A DNA stretch of 63,053 nt, the filler included, from Olpidium bornovanus S191 (Eukaryota; Fungi; Olpidiomycota), in assembly GCA_017911155.1 (NCBI GenBank). It is 30 parts of 30 records of this genome, joined end to end, with 100 filler letters (N's around TTAATTAATTAA, not from the genome) between each part and the next. Parts side by side here need not be neighbours in the genome. Positions count along the whole stretch, not along the records: positions 26,144 to 30,682 come from JAEFCI010006003.1; positions 30,783 to 32,222 come from JAEFCI010009575.1; positions 32,323 to 33,489 come from JAEFCI010003200.1; positions 33,590 to 36,443 come from JAEFCI010002584.1; positions 36,544 to 40,341 come from JAEFCI010007286.1; 25 more parts are not named here. One strand, written 5' to 3'. Below the pieces are notes generated by a model. That model had not been told where the DNA came from. It saw nothing but the letters and a program-made list of their open reading frames with translations, and did no database searches. Each line of letters begins with the position of its first letter. Position 1 is the stretch's first letter. A program made the translations under genes and the position numbers. Positions 26,144 through 38,285 of the stretch are shown here, piece by piece.

Positions 26144-27470
26144 CATGCTTTTGGCACCCTCGCTCCACGGGTTCCACGTCACTGTTGGCAAAAGCGCGCA
26201 ATGCGAACGTTCAGCAACCGACGGAAATGGGTTGCGAATTAGGGAAACAACGACAAAAATTACGTGCAGAAGACTTACCGACGTCCTGGAACCCGTCTTT
26301 ATGTACCAATACGCCGCCGAAGTCTGGGCCGTGGCCTACGTCCAGGACGAAATCGTTCGTGACCACGTTGTCGTGCACTGCGTCAAGCGCGCCAGAAATC
26401 TTGATGACCTCCTCGGTGCGCCGCTTCTGCTTCATTCCATCCGTCTTGTCCGTGTACTTGCAGCCCTTAAGGCCGTGAATGGACAGCTTGCTCACATCCT
26501 AATCGGGATCGGGACAGCCGCAACGATCAAATTCCATCCGCAAATTGAATTCTACGCGACGACGGATCCCCGCTCACATCGCGCTGCAATCCGCCTCATA
26601 ACCACACGCCACTGCATCACAACAACATACCGGCACGAGAAAGTAGGTGTGCAGCAAGGATGCAAACCTTAACGTCGTCGTCCCAGTGTTATTCACCGTG
26701 ATGTACGTGGAAAGGGAGCTCGCCTTGAGCGTGACAGTATATATGAGCTGGAACTTGAAGGGCCAAAGCTGGCGTGCCTGCTCCGAAATGTGGGTTTCGT
26801 CCAGGCTGAACCTGCCCGCTACCTCACTGTCATCATCGGCGGTCTTCACAAGAGTCGGGTATATTCAGTAGCCGTTCCTACGATGATGGAGACTCGGTTG
26901 CGAGAAGCCGACTGCAGCGTGGAGCGATCTCACCGTTCCGAGCCAGTTGAACTTCGAGGTACGCGCAAACCTGCAGGAAAACGGGTTGAGCGGTGGCAGT
27001 AGGGCGACAATGTAAGGGGCAAGGCCACCACCCGAAGCCGAGCACTCGTAACTGTTCGACGCAGGAACACGCAACTCGTGGCTTCCCGGCCTCACCCGTG
27101 CTGAGGTAACGGCTTCCCCCAAGGCACCTGCTCGGGCGCGGCAAACTGCGGGAACACGAGGGGAATACCTCCGCGGATGCCCTTACTGCCGTCGAGCTTA
27201 GATTTCGAACTGGGCAAACCGGGGGGTGGGTGGGGGGGGGGGGAACAACGCAGGACGCAAGGTCAAATCCGGGCGAAACTTTTCGCGGCGAAGCGAGACG
27301 ACGCTTTCGGCAGACGGCAAACACCTTAGGAATATGCGCTCCTTCCCGGCGGCCACCCAGCTCGTGAGCGTCGCGCCGTGCAGGTAAACCTCGCAGGTGT
27401 CACCGGAAGGGGCGTGCGTAAGCACAACGCGTTCCGGCTCGGACGGCGGCGACAGGATCTGGACGGGCAT
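26144..27470 (-). CDS. Glucose-6-phosphate 1-epimerase (aldose 1-epimerase family), multi-exon; 3' truncated
   Basis: VYLHGATLTSW...KERIFL, IRGGIPLVFPQF, GFARTSKF, WPFKFQLIYTVTL, LLHTYF, GLKGCKYTDK, TWNPWSEGAKSM. Confidence 0.92.
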
Positions 27471-27533
27471 CGGGGGCGTGTGCAGTTGCAGCCGAAAGCA
27501 GTTGGCCAAGGGGGTTGTGAAACGGCGTCCTAA

Positions 27534-27570
<37 letters not shown>

Positions 27571-27744
27571 TCCTTCTTATATTCTACTCCGCAAAACGGC
27601 AGATTCCCAGTTTGTTATCACGTGATACCGCGTGACCTGGCGTCAATACTGAACGGCGGATGGAGCTGAACCCGACCATCGACGACCTCCAGCTGTTGAA
27701 TAATTGGGTCATGTAATCTCGGCTGACGGCGTTTCCGTCAAACC

Positions 27745-28830
27745 CACAATACATCATCACACTGTTGGACTGACCCCAGATCAGGGATGTTCACAACCTT
27801 AACTCGTTCTGCGGCTGATAGACTTCTTCAAGCTTGGCCGGCCTACGCGGACATCATGGCTTCATTACCCTGCTCCGCTCCCCGCCAGTCCCATAAACCT
27901 GGTCCCCATGCCAGCAAACTGCCGTCCGCATGTTACAACAAGCTCTGACTTCTGGCGCGGTCCTCGAGTTTTTCGATCCTGACAAGCTCGCAACCGCGTA
28001 TTGCGACGCATCAGCATACGCAGTTGGCGGTGGGATTGCCCAACGCCTGCCCTCGACCCCGCAGTCGGCCGACCGTCCCATCCTCTTTTTCTCTTGCCAG
28101 CTACGCACTGGTGGCGGGGATCTGACGGGGGAGGAGCGTGATAGCGTGTTAAACTATTCTACGCACGAGCGAGAACCTCTCGCATCAATCGAGATGTTGC
28201 GAGTGGGTTGCCCCTTCCCTGACGGCCGTCCGTTCACTGTCAAAACAGGTCACCAGGCCCTCTGCTGGTTACAAACTCAATTGACCCTCCCCGCCTTCAG
28301 TCCAGCATGATTGAAAAACTTTAATTCTTTAATATGTCTATCAAATACCTTCCGGGCAAACAAAACACAATGGCGGACACCCTCTCACAGCGTCCCAAAT
28401 ACATGCCAAACTGCCTTTGCTGTCAGGCAAAGCTTTCCATCACCGCTGCCTGTTGCACTTCGATATGTCTCAAGCAAGTGGGTGTTCCGCCAACTAACCT
28501 TGCCCAATTCATTCCCCCCTCCATGGGCCTCTTTGCCCAAATTATCTGCAAACGTCTACACTTTGGAGGCAAGGCCGGGGTTACAGCATCGATGCTGACG
28601 GTGTTATTCGCTTCCATAGGTGCATATATGTTCCGGAGGACCCCACACATCTGCGCTTCAAACTGGTCCGCGTAGCCCACGACTGCAATCCCCCGGGCCC
28701 ACGCCACACTGTGACTTCCCTGACCCGCTTCTACCACTGGCCCGGCCTTGGCATGGACGTGGCCCGCTGGACGGCCTCCTGCGACACCTGTCAACGCTTA
28801 ACGCCGGTCTTACGTGGTAGAAAACGCCTT
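27745..28830 (+). mobile_element. Heavily degenerate Ty3/gypsy pol remnant: RT end, RNase H, integrase zinc-binding (HHCC) domain
   Basis: ALTSGAVLEFFDP...YCDASAYAVGG, NYSTHERE, GRPFTVKTGHQAL, IKYLPGKQNTMADTLSQRP, AHD...GH, YHWPGLGMDVARWTASCDTCQR; interrupted by stops and frameshifts. Confidence 0.9.
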
Positions 28831-29183
28831 ACATTCATCCCCTATTGATTCCCCGAAGCCGATTCACGGACATTTCACACCTCCGTTCCCCACCCTTCCA
28901 AAAAAAAGAAAAAAAATTTTGGCTATCCGCCCCTCCCACCGCCGCCGGCCGCAGGCCCTGCGCTCGCCGCCCGCCGCCGCCGCCCCCGCCCGCCCGATCA
29001 CCGGTACCGGACACCGCTGCCACATCCCCCTCCCTTAACCCCCTCCCCATTCCCCCTGCAGCAGGTTGGCACACAGTCTCAGCTCCGGTACAGCCGCAGG
29101 GCCGGGCGGCGGGGCGGTAGCGGACCAGCGCGCGACGACCATATCTATATACCCAGGGAGCCGTGGCCGACGGCGGAACTGTG

Positions 29184-30185
29184 ATGAGCGGAGCCGGCGG
29201 AGACCCGCGTGGAATCAGGAGCAGCAACGCCGGCGGACCAGCGTACGATCACTCGGTTTCGAGCCACACCCAGGGTCAGAGTCAGAGCCGCCAAGATTAC
29301 CGCTATAGCCACGCAACGAGCAGCAGCACAAGTGGCAGCGCTAGCGGACTTGGCAGCGCAGCTGGTCCCGCCGGCATTTCTGTCGGCTCAGGGCCTAACG
29401 GACACGATGACGGGTGCGTGTGCCGTGGTCGGCTGCCTAAGCGACTGTGACCCTTTCCCCCTCTTCTCCCCCTCACGGAACATGCGCGAGCTTACGGTTC
29501 GCCGCCCGTTTTATCCCAGGCTCAGAAGGTCATACAGCAACAAGAACAGCAGCAACACCCGCCGCGGATCTTGGAAAGGTATTGCGTCCACAGCGTTAAT
29601 CAAACGTGCCTAGCGTGCGTTTGAGTTTCAGCCTGACGGAACCTTCCCTGCCGGTGCTTGTTACAGGAAACAGCAGGTCGCGCGAATTTAACGATTCCCT
29701 CCCCAAAGCCCGCTGTCCGAAGTCGCCACGCGGACAGTTCTCCCCTTCGCCTAGCCTGTCGAGAGCCGCGGCCGCTGCTGCTGCGGACGCCAAAAATGCT
29801 GGATCGGCGGAGGACGCTGTTGGGACCGGCGGCAGTGCGGCTGTTCGGGAAGCGGGAGTCGACGGAGGCAGCGGCAACTCGAGAAGGGACGCGTCGCCCT
29901 CTGTCAATTCTGTCGCTTCTCTGAACGCCGGGAAAGAAAAGCCTGCAGACAAGTCCAAAAAAAAAAGTTTTGACCCAAATGCGGCAGAGGCATATCTGCA
30001 GCAGGGTGTGTTTGCCGCGTCTTCCGCGGCCGCCCGGCCGAGGGCGTTTTCTCAGGACATGATTACTTGGAAAATGCCATGGCTTATGCCTATTTCGCCT
30101 CCCTCCCACCCCACCATCCCGCACCTTTCAACAGCCTGGAACAAAATTTACCCGCAGCTTGACGATCCCGACGTTCCTGATCACC
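29184..30185 (+). CDS. Hypothetical protein, N-terminal Ser/Gly/Ala-rich exons; rest not resolved
   Basis: ATG at 29184 followed by GT-AG bounded open segments (about 29184-29410, 29521-29577, 29668-30185). No family recognised. Confidence 0.4.
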
Positions 30186-30782
30186 GTGAGTATTTGAGGA
30201 GCTCGTACCTCCTTGCCCGGCGCTAGCAGCTAGGCGTATGAATTCCGATGTCGTATTCAACGGGTGCTCGGCTTTCGGGTGAAACGTCAGCAAACTGACT
30301 TCGACCTTATCTTTTTGCCTTCTGAACCGTCTCTGTCCTTGGCGGGCTGCACAATAGTGAGACCTGTCCTCTACCAAAATCCAAGGGACGCGTGGAAGTC
30401 ACCGGTTCGTCCCATGGGTGAGTAGGGCGGCGGGGCGCATCCGAGCGTACACCATAAGCAACCCTTACGCCCCCCCTCCCTATTCCTCCCCTCTTTTATC
30501 TGGAGTTTCACCGGCTCCCGGAGTGCGATGAACGAACCTTTTGCGGCGACACCGCCGACTCGTCATTAACGGTTAAATTTCCTACACCGCATACCCATCC
30601 TGTTTGTTTTCAGACAGCGCCGACTTCGTGCGTAAAGTGCTTGCTTCCGCGGGTCACGGGAAAGTTCGCAGTTAAGAACATGNNNNNNNNNNNNNNNNNN
30701 NNNNNNNNNNNNNNNNNNNNNNNNNNTTAATTAATTAANNNNNNNNNNNNNNNNNNNNNNNNNNNNNNNNNNNNNNNNNNNN

Positions 30783-31537
30783 CATGCCAGCGGAGGCGAC
30801 GGATGCGTCGGAACGAACGGTGCCGGGAGGCGCCTGCGCCTCTTGAGCCTCGCCAAAGATAGGAAGAGCATCAAACTCACCCCCGGGGGCCTCAGCCAAT
30901 TCGTCAGGCGTTACCGCATCGGCGGGCGCACCGGCGGGCCCATCTGCGGAATCATCGGTCGCAGGGGCGGCCGTTTCCGCGGGTTCGGCCGATTCAACGC
31001 TGTCGGCGGCATCGGCGGGAGCCTCCACGTCAGGGCTTGCCGGGCCAGCCGAGCGTACGAAGATTGCACCCTGCATGTTGTTTGGGTCCCTGCAATGGGC
31101 ACCTTCTTTGATCTTACAGTAGTAGTTGATCGTCGATCCCGGTACAAGCACCGAGGCGGGAAGATCGAAGGTTTCGCCCTTCACCTTTACTTCGGAGTCA
31201 AAGGGCGTTTCTCCGGCGACTGCAGCGCCCTTAACGCACGCACCGAAGGTCGGCTGCTGGGTCACGGTGTGATTTCCATTGAACACAAACCTGAAATTGA
31301 AAAAATTGTGTGCAAAAACGTCGGAAGTTAGCCAGAAGATCAGGCATGCTGTGCCACACGGTGGCGGTTTTTTCGACGTTACCTGACGGTGTCTCCAGGG
31401 TCTACCTGTTGTACGTCCGGGCTGAAGCTGAGCTTCTCCGGATCAGTGGCCGCAGTCGGATTCCCGACCTGGATCTCCAAAACTTTTGCGTAAGCCGCCG
31501 AGGCCAGCAGGCCAAGAGAGATGATTAGGAGCTGCAT
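30783..31537 (-). CDS. Secreted cupredoxin (plastocyanin-like) domain protein with an acidic Ala/Pro-rich tail; exons 31537-31383 and 31290-30783; 3' truncated
   Basis: Signal-peptide-like MQLLIISLGLLASAAYA, then KVLEIQVG...LSFSPDVQQVDPGDTVR|FVFNGNHTVTQ...INYYCKIKEGAHCRDPNNMQGAIFV, with His/Cys/His/Met type-1 copper ligands. Confidence 0.85.
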
Positions 31538-32322
31538 AGTCAGAACGAGTAATAATATACTGCGAGTGGTGCGAGATTTGCGGTATGCGGGCCGGCCGTT
31601 ATTTACAGTGGGGCGAAAGTCGCGGTATGCGAGGCTGCCGTTCTTTACAGTGGGCGCGGCGTCGCCTTAATTTTTTTTTTTTTTTTTTTTCTCGCCGCCG
31701 CGGTTGGGGAGGATTTTTGTGCGGAGCGGTTGGGAAGGATGGGTTGGGGCAGAGTTTTGTGCGTCGGGTGCGCCAAAACCGTCGGGTTTCCTCGGCTGGC
31801 GAAACCCCACCGGCAAATCTGAGGCCGCCCCCCGAAAAGTTCACGCCTGTCGACCGCGTGGCCGCGCACGTGGTCAAGGGCCGGTTTACGACATTTTCCC
31901 ACCTTTGGCCTAACTCTTCGATTTGCACCGGCCCGGTGACGAAACGCAATCATTGGTCAATCGTAGAAATTTTTCTGCCCGCATGTCCAGGGAGGCAGCA
32001 ACCAACCGAATCAAATGCAAATTACATTGAATGCCCGCATTCCCCTTAACCTGAACATGTATCCCTTAGCCAGACTCTGCGTCACGTTCGCAACAGTTCT
32101 CCATGCAATTGCCACGAACTTGAATGCCTACAAAGCGGTGTAATCAAATGAGATTGTATTTGCAGATGTAATTAAAAGTTGATCAAACCTTTAATATTTT
32201 CGTATTTTTTAATTCGATCGTCNNNNNNNNNNNNNNNNNNNNNNNNNNNNNNNNNNNNNNNNNNNNTTAATTAATTAANNNNNNNNNNNNNNNNNNNNNN
32301 NNNNNNNNNNNNNNNNNNNNNN

Positions 32323-32439
32323 ACGGTGAAGTATAAAGACCACGTGGTGCGCGGCCTCGAGAACGTCCCCGAGGCCTTCCTCCAGCTGTTCAGGGGCGAG
32401 AATCACGGAAAGCTCGTCGTCGAAATCTCCAAGCTGTGA
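32323..32439 (+). CDS. C-terminus of an NADP-dependent oxidoreductase (MDR superfamily, prostaglandin reductase-like); 5' truncated
   Basis: TVKYKDHVVRGLENVPEAFLQLFRGENHGKLVVEISKL* matches the family end motif GLE..P.AF..LF.G.N.GK.VV. Confidence 0.85.
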   Translation, partial: TVKYKDHVVRGLENVPEAFLQLFRGENHGKLVVEISKL

Positions 32440-33401
32440 GCGGCCCCCGGGCCGGCTGTCGAGCCGGACTAATACTGCTCTGATTCAAAAGAACATCCAG
32501 CATTGCAAGCAGCAAATACCAAGAAGCTTTACGGCCCGCCCGCGCTCGCATCTCCATGTTAGCAAAAATCTCCACGAACGAAGCGCACGTTTCTTGCACC
32601 AGAGGGGAAGCGGAAGAAGAAAAAAAAAAAGTCTCCAGATGAACGTCTCCGCAGACGAGAAAACCGGCCGAAATGCCGGGATGGCGAAGGCAGCACGAGC
32701 GGCTTAAAACTGGATGCTGAACCGGGGCCGCAGAGACGAACAGAGAGGCAGAATAAAACGCAGGGAATACATTTTTTTACTCCTGATGACTTTTTTTTCC
32801 TTCTCGGTGCGCAAGAAATTACACATACACCAGGGTGGGCCCCCTTCACGCTGGCCGAAAGCTACGCCGGCCCCCCCCCCCTCCCCACCCGCCCACCTGA
32901 CGGGAGGCTGGGGCGGGCTGCGCGGGGGGAGAGAAATGCGGAACCCGGGGAGACGAGTGCCGGCAGCTAACGCGGAGACGCGCAAAGGCTCCGAGCGGAA
33001 GGGGAAGAAATCAGCCAGGAGAAGGCGCGAAGAGATCGATGGCTTTTTTTTTTTTTTTTTTTTTTTTTTTTTCGTCGCGGGTCGGTTGGAAGGGGGTGTG
33101 TCGCCAGTGGGTCGGGGTTGGGGGTGGTTATTTGTCTTTTCGAAGGAGTTTTCGGAGTTTCCGCGCGTTTGGTAAGTTTTAGTTCCACACTCTCGATGAG
33201 AGGAAGAAGAACAGGGAGGAGGAGGAAAGAAGGAGAGAGGACCGGGCCCACGTGACCCGGCGGGCGTCTGCATCATCAGGGCCCCCACCGCCCGCCCGCG
33301 CACGCCCCGCACACACACAAACACAAACACACACACGCACACGACGCAGAACGCGTTCTCGAACCGTCCCCCCCCCCTTCCCCCACATCTTCCCCGCTGA
33401 A

Positions 33402-33409
33402 AGAGAGAA

Positions 33410-33489
<80 letters not shown>
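33402..33489 (+). repeat. (GA)n microsatellite running into the contig end
   Basis: Direct reading of the sequence. Confidence 0.95.
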
Positions 33490-34237
33490 NNNNNNNNNNN
33501 NNNNNNNNNNNNNNNNNNNNNNNNNNNNNNNNNTTAATTAATTAANNNNNNNNNNNNNNNNNNNNNNNNNNNNNNNNNNNNNNNNNNNNGAAATCGGAGT
33601 GGAAGATCGGGTGAAGCGAGGATTTTTATTGGTCCCGCTCTGCTGCGAGCTCATCCTAAAGCTGATCTCCCGAGAATTCTCCATTTTCCCGAAGTAGGTG
33701 ATGCCATGGCCAACATCGAGGAATGTAGTTCGCACAAAGCCTACAACCTCAATTGTAAATGCGCCTTTTCGAAAGGGTCTACACGCACCGCCCACTGCCT
33801 GCCCGCTTTTGTATAAAGTCCGCGAACATTTTCCACATGCTCAGGGTTTAGTCCCTTGTTTGCAATACTGGGTGGTTTCGGTCTGATTTCCCGCCTGCCG
33901 GCATAACCCGGAGGTCCCCCGATTTCACGTGTTTCGCCCAACGCTCGCCCGGTGCAGTAACCGTCTCGCCTTCCGGAGGAAAAGGAAGGAAAGCGGAACG
34001 GCTCCTGTTCCGCCCGCCCGCCCGCGGCGTGCCTGTGGCGGCGAGCCCGAGCGCCGCGCTGCCTCCCGCACGGCGGTCCCGGAGCCCACTTTCTGCCTTC
34101 GGCTCGGGGCCACCGGCAGGGCGACGAGCCCTCCCGCCTCCGGTGAACAGCTGCAGGTCGCTCCGACATTTGTTTACCGTCCGGGGACCCTGGCGCGGGA
34201 ACGAGGGAGAGCCCCTTCGTTCGGGTCTCCAGCGTGA

Positions 34238-36443
34238 ATGTTCGTCATGACCCCCTTCGGCGCGGTCTCGTTCGGGCGGATCGCCGACCATGTGGAGCGG
34301 GCCCTGTCCCACCCGCGAGCAACCTACGTTCTCACCGCCGCGGCGGCATCGGCGGTGACGTTTGCTGCTATAATGGGTACGCAAGCGATGCGCCGGCGCA
34401 GGCGGGCGCGGCGACTGAAGAGGGAGGTGCTCTCGGCTGCCGCGGTCAACTTGCCCCGCACGCTCTCTGCAACATTCACCACAAACAATCTGCAGGGGGC
34501 GGCGGGGCCGACAGGAGAAAGATCGTCAAGCCCGTCTTCGTCTCCAACAGCGGGATCGGCCCCGGTTTTGCCGGCGGAAGAGGAGGACCTAGCGCGGGAG
34601 CAGCTGTCCAGGAACATTTCCTTCCTAGGAGAGGAAGGGGTGCGTAGGATTCGCGACTCGTTCGTAGTGGTCGTCGGCTGCGGCGGCGTCGGCTCCTGGG
34701 CCGCCCTCATGCTGCTGAGGTCAGGTGTGGAGAGGCTCCGGTTCATCGACTTCGACCAGGTCACGCTCTCCTCCCTCAACCGCCACGCTGTGGCCACCAG
34801 GGCTGACGTCGGCATGCCAAAGGTCATCGCTCTCAAGCGGCACTTGAAGGAGATCGTCCCGCACGCGGTTATCGACGCCAGAGTCGACGTCTTCAGGTTA
34901 AATGCAGCCGAAACCCTGCTAGATGGTAAGCTGTTCAATCAATTGGTTTGTCCGCACTGGTGCCCGTTAAAGCAGCCCTTGAAACGTCAGCTGGCGGAGT
35001 CGGGGAAGGCAAAGCGGGATAGTGACGTGGACCTGGACGTTGGTCGACTGCGGAAGCAGGAAACTCGCAAGATATTCGTGTTCCGCGACTATGTCACCCT
35101 TCCGCACACCGGTCGTTGCCAACGGCATCGGTCACGTAGGCTGCCGTGTTTGCCTAAGCCATCATCCTTGAGACGGTATGCTCAACTCCATTGATTTTCC
35201 GCCCGCTGCGTCAGGGAATCCCTCTTATGTGCTGGACTGCATCGACAACATCAAAACCAAACTGGAACTTCTTAAATACTGCCACGACCGAAAGCTACCA
35301 GTCATCAGCAGCATGGGAGCAGGAGCGAAGGCTGACCCGTCTAGAGTCCAAATTAGCGATATTAGTGAAACAATGGGTGAGCCCTGAGCCTTTCGCAGTG
35401 ATGCCTTTAGCTGCCTAGAAATGTCTATTTAATTGGTGTTCCGCCAGAGGATCCGCTTGCGCGAACCACGCGGCGGAGCCTCCGTAAGGTGGGCGTTGAG
35501 AGCGGGATCGCTGTCGTATACTCGACAGAAAAGCCAGGAAAGGTCGGCCTCGTGGATCTAGGTGGGCGCCTGGGGCGACGCAAATTTTTGGATTTTTGCT
35601 TGCATTGGTGGCGAGTCCCTCTACGAGGAGTCCGCGCAGGTGGTGACCGTGACTTGATTCTTATGCCTACATTTTATTATTCTGGAATCCCGTAGACGAC
35701 TCGCAATTAGATCAGCCACAAGACTTTGCTGCGTTGCCCTCGTTCCGTGTCAGGATATTGCCCGTGTTAGGTGCGAGGCGAGAGCACGTTTTCTGGCCGT
35801 CTAATAGTGCGCTAAATATCTCGTGTTCCGAGCTGGTCACCGGTATTGACAGTGGATTGTCTATATCGCTATACTAAACGCACACTATGGCAGGAACTCT
35901 TCCGGCCATATTTGGGATGTCCATGGCCTCATACGTGATCCTCAAGCTGGCTCAGTTCCCCGTAGAACCTCTTCCAATCAAGCTACGAGACGCTCTTTAT
36001 GCGCGCCTGCTGCGCGACGCGCGGGTCCGCGAGGAGTTGACTTTTAAGGAGAAGTTAGTCGCTGGAAACTGTGTATTTGTCGCGTTTGATCGTGGGCTTG
36101 TTGCACCTGCGTTTGCTTACGCGGAGCTTCTCTCCTCACGCCGAAGGTCCATGAAGTTGGACCAGAGAGATGTTGGTTACATCTTTGACGGTGAGCTAAA
36201 CGCCTTGCTAAGAGACAGCTGCTCACAATTGCCTAGCAATCCTGAGTCCAAAATTGTTTTCCCTCTGAACTTCTGACGTCTCTCACATTATCCACATTCA
36301 AATCACAGAGATATTCCGTGGGCGGAGCGTCCTATCGGGTTCGACAGAAAAGATGGCCATCACCCGATGGGACCCTCGGGAGACGTTAAGCGTCAGGAAC
36401 TGTGTAGTCCTGACGAAGACCGAGGCAAACCAGCACGACATGA
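34238..36443 (+). CDS. TCD1: tRNA threonylcarbamoyladenosine dehydratase Tcd1/Tcd2 (ThiF/E1-like), multi-exon; 3' truncated
   Basis: N-terminal TM anchor, REQLSRNISFLGEEG, VVVVGCGGVGSW, IDFDQVTLSSLNRHA, YVLDCIDNI, SSMGAGAKADP, DPLARTTR, VVYSTEKP, RVRILPVLGTLPAIFG, and C-terminal RWDP...N..VLTK.EA. Confidence 0.93.
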
Positions 36444-36875
36444 NNNNNNNNNNNNNNNNNNNNNNNNNNNNNNNNNNNNNNNNNNNNTTAATTAATTAAN
36501 NNNNNNNNNNNNNNNNNNNNNNNNNNNNNNNNNNNNNNNNNNNACGCGCCCCCCCCCCCCCCCCCCCGTCCTCCCGGTTTCACGTGCGTTGGCGGGCCGT
36601 CAAAATCCTCGTCGCGAGAAGTCGCTCGCACACCACGCGCAAACTCTCACGTTCGCCCGCACCGCGCGTACCCACACAAAAACCCGCCCCTCTCCCGCTT
36701 AACGCGTTTTGCGGACGGCCAACGGCCCCCCTCCCGGCCCCCCTCCCTCCTTTTGCGCCCCGCCACCACCAACCGTTACTACCCCCACGCCCGCTTGTAA
36801 CGAAAAAGTTCCGGCCGCTCCACCCGGCGAGGCTCATTCACTTCACCCCGCCCCCTTCCCCTCCAAGCGTATCAC

Positions 36876-38285
36876 ATGGGAGGACGCCGCGCGGGCGAAG
36901 CGGCACTTCGCCACTCGTCTGCATCGGCTTCGCCGCCGATCTCGCCGGCGCTGTCGCGACCGCTTTCGCCGGCGCCGCCGACTGACGGGGAGGCGGGGAC
37001 GTCAATTCTCAGCGCCGCCGCCGCACGGGTTCTTCCCGCGGCTTCCGGCGAACCAAGCGCATCGGCGTCCGCCTCCGCATCGGAGGCCCCTCCTTGGTCT
37101 GGGCGCGCCTCGCGGCTCACCGAGCAGTCGCCAACGACGTCCGCACGGTTTCCAGGATCACCGCCGCCGTTGTCGCCGGCATTATCGCCGGCTCCCGGCG
37201 CCCCCGCGGGGGCTTGTTTACGCCGCTCAATCGCACCCGCGCAGCCGGCTGTGAGGCTCGCGCAACCGTCCCCGCCGTCTGCGCCTGCAGATTCGTTCCT
37301 GAGGACGACGCCGTCGACAGCGACATGGGATGAGGCTTGTCGCGGACGTCCTCTTGCGGCGTCGCCGGCGCCGGAAAGCAATCCAGACGTGAGGATCGAA
37401 GGGAGCCGCCCGATCCTGTCGCCTGTGAGGATCGAAAGGAGCCGCCCGTTCCGATCGCCAATGGACTTTTCGGCAGGCGACCCGGGCCGCACCGGCAGCG
37501 AGAGCGGCAGCGGCGGCACTTCAGCAGACGGAGGAAGGGGCCGATCCAGGACGCGGAAGCACGGCGGAGCCAATTCCGCAGAATCCAGCGCTTCCGAAGG
37601 CGGGAAACGGCGCTTTCGGCATCCGACGGGGCGGGAGTTTGACGGGCGAGGAGCACCCCGCAACGGGAGGCGGAAGCCGCGGCGCGTTTCCTCGCGCGGG
37701 ACGGGGGACCGCGAGCCGTCGCCGTTTCCGCGGCCGCCGACGACGCCGAGCGGCGCGCGCGCGCACGGACCCCAGAGCGGGCCGCGTTTTTTTGACGCGC
37801 GTCGCCCTCCGGGCGGGGGAGCGGAGCGCGCCTTGGCGGCGCGCCTCCGCGCCGCGTCCCGCAGGGCGTCGAGCCAGGCCGCGGAGCTGGTGCGGGCGGG
37901 AGCGGAGAAGGCCGCGCTGCGCGCGGCGGTCCGGGCCCTGCGCTCGCGGCTGCTGGCGGCGCGAAGGTGCGCGGCGGCCGCCGAGTCGCGCCGGCTGTCC
38001 GAGCGCCGGCGGCAGGCGCAGGATTTCGAGCTCCGGGTGCTTGCCGAGCGCCTCCGGCGGGAGCGCGAGACCGGCGACCTCAGGCGGCGCGTCCGCGACC
38101 TGGAGTACGAGCGGGACCGCGAACGGCAGAAGGCCGGCTTGGCCGAGCGGCTGCTCGAAGAACGCCGCGAGGCAGAAAGGGGCGAGCTCGCCAGATGCCT
38201 TGTGGCCGTAATCGACGTCAACCGCCGGTCCACCAACTTCAGCTTGGAAACGATGGCCAGGAAGTTGAGCGCCGTGGTTTTGTAG
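36876..38285 (+). CDS. Hypothetical 469-aa protein: disordered Ser/Pro/Arg-rich N-terminus and C-terminal coiled coil
   Basis: Long ATG-initiated ORF. The last ~130 aa are Glu/Arg/Leu/Ala-rich with heptad-like periodicity (AALRAAVRALRSRLL...LRRRVRDLEYERDRERQK). GC-rich shadow ORFs lower certainty about the N-terminus. Confidence 0.55.
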   Translation: MGGRRAGEAALRHSSASASPPISPALSRPLSPAPPTDGEAGTSILSAAAARVLPAASGEPSASASASASEAPPWSGRASRLTEQSPTTSARFPGSPPPLSPALSPAPGAPAGACLRRSIAPAQPAVRLAQPSPPSAPADSFLRTTPSTATWDEACRGRPLAASPAPESNPDVRIEGSRPILSPVRIERSRPFRSPMDFSAGDPGRTGSESGSGGTSADGGRGRSRTRKHGGANSAESSASEGGKRRFRHPTGREFDGRGAPRNGRRKPRRVSSRGTGDREPSPFPRPPTTPSGARAHGPQSGPRFFDARRPPGGGAERALAARLRAASRRASSQAAELVRAGAEKAALRAAVRALRSRLLAARRCAAAAESRRLSERRRQAQDFELRVLAERLRRERETGDLRRRVRDLEYERDRERQKAGLAERLLEERREAERGELARCLVAVIDVNRRSTNFSLETMARKLSAVVL

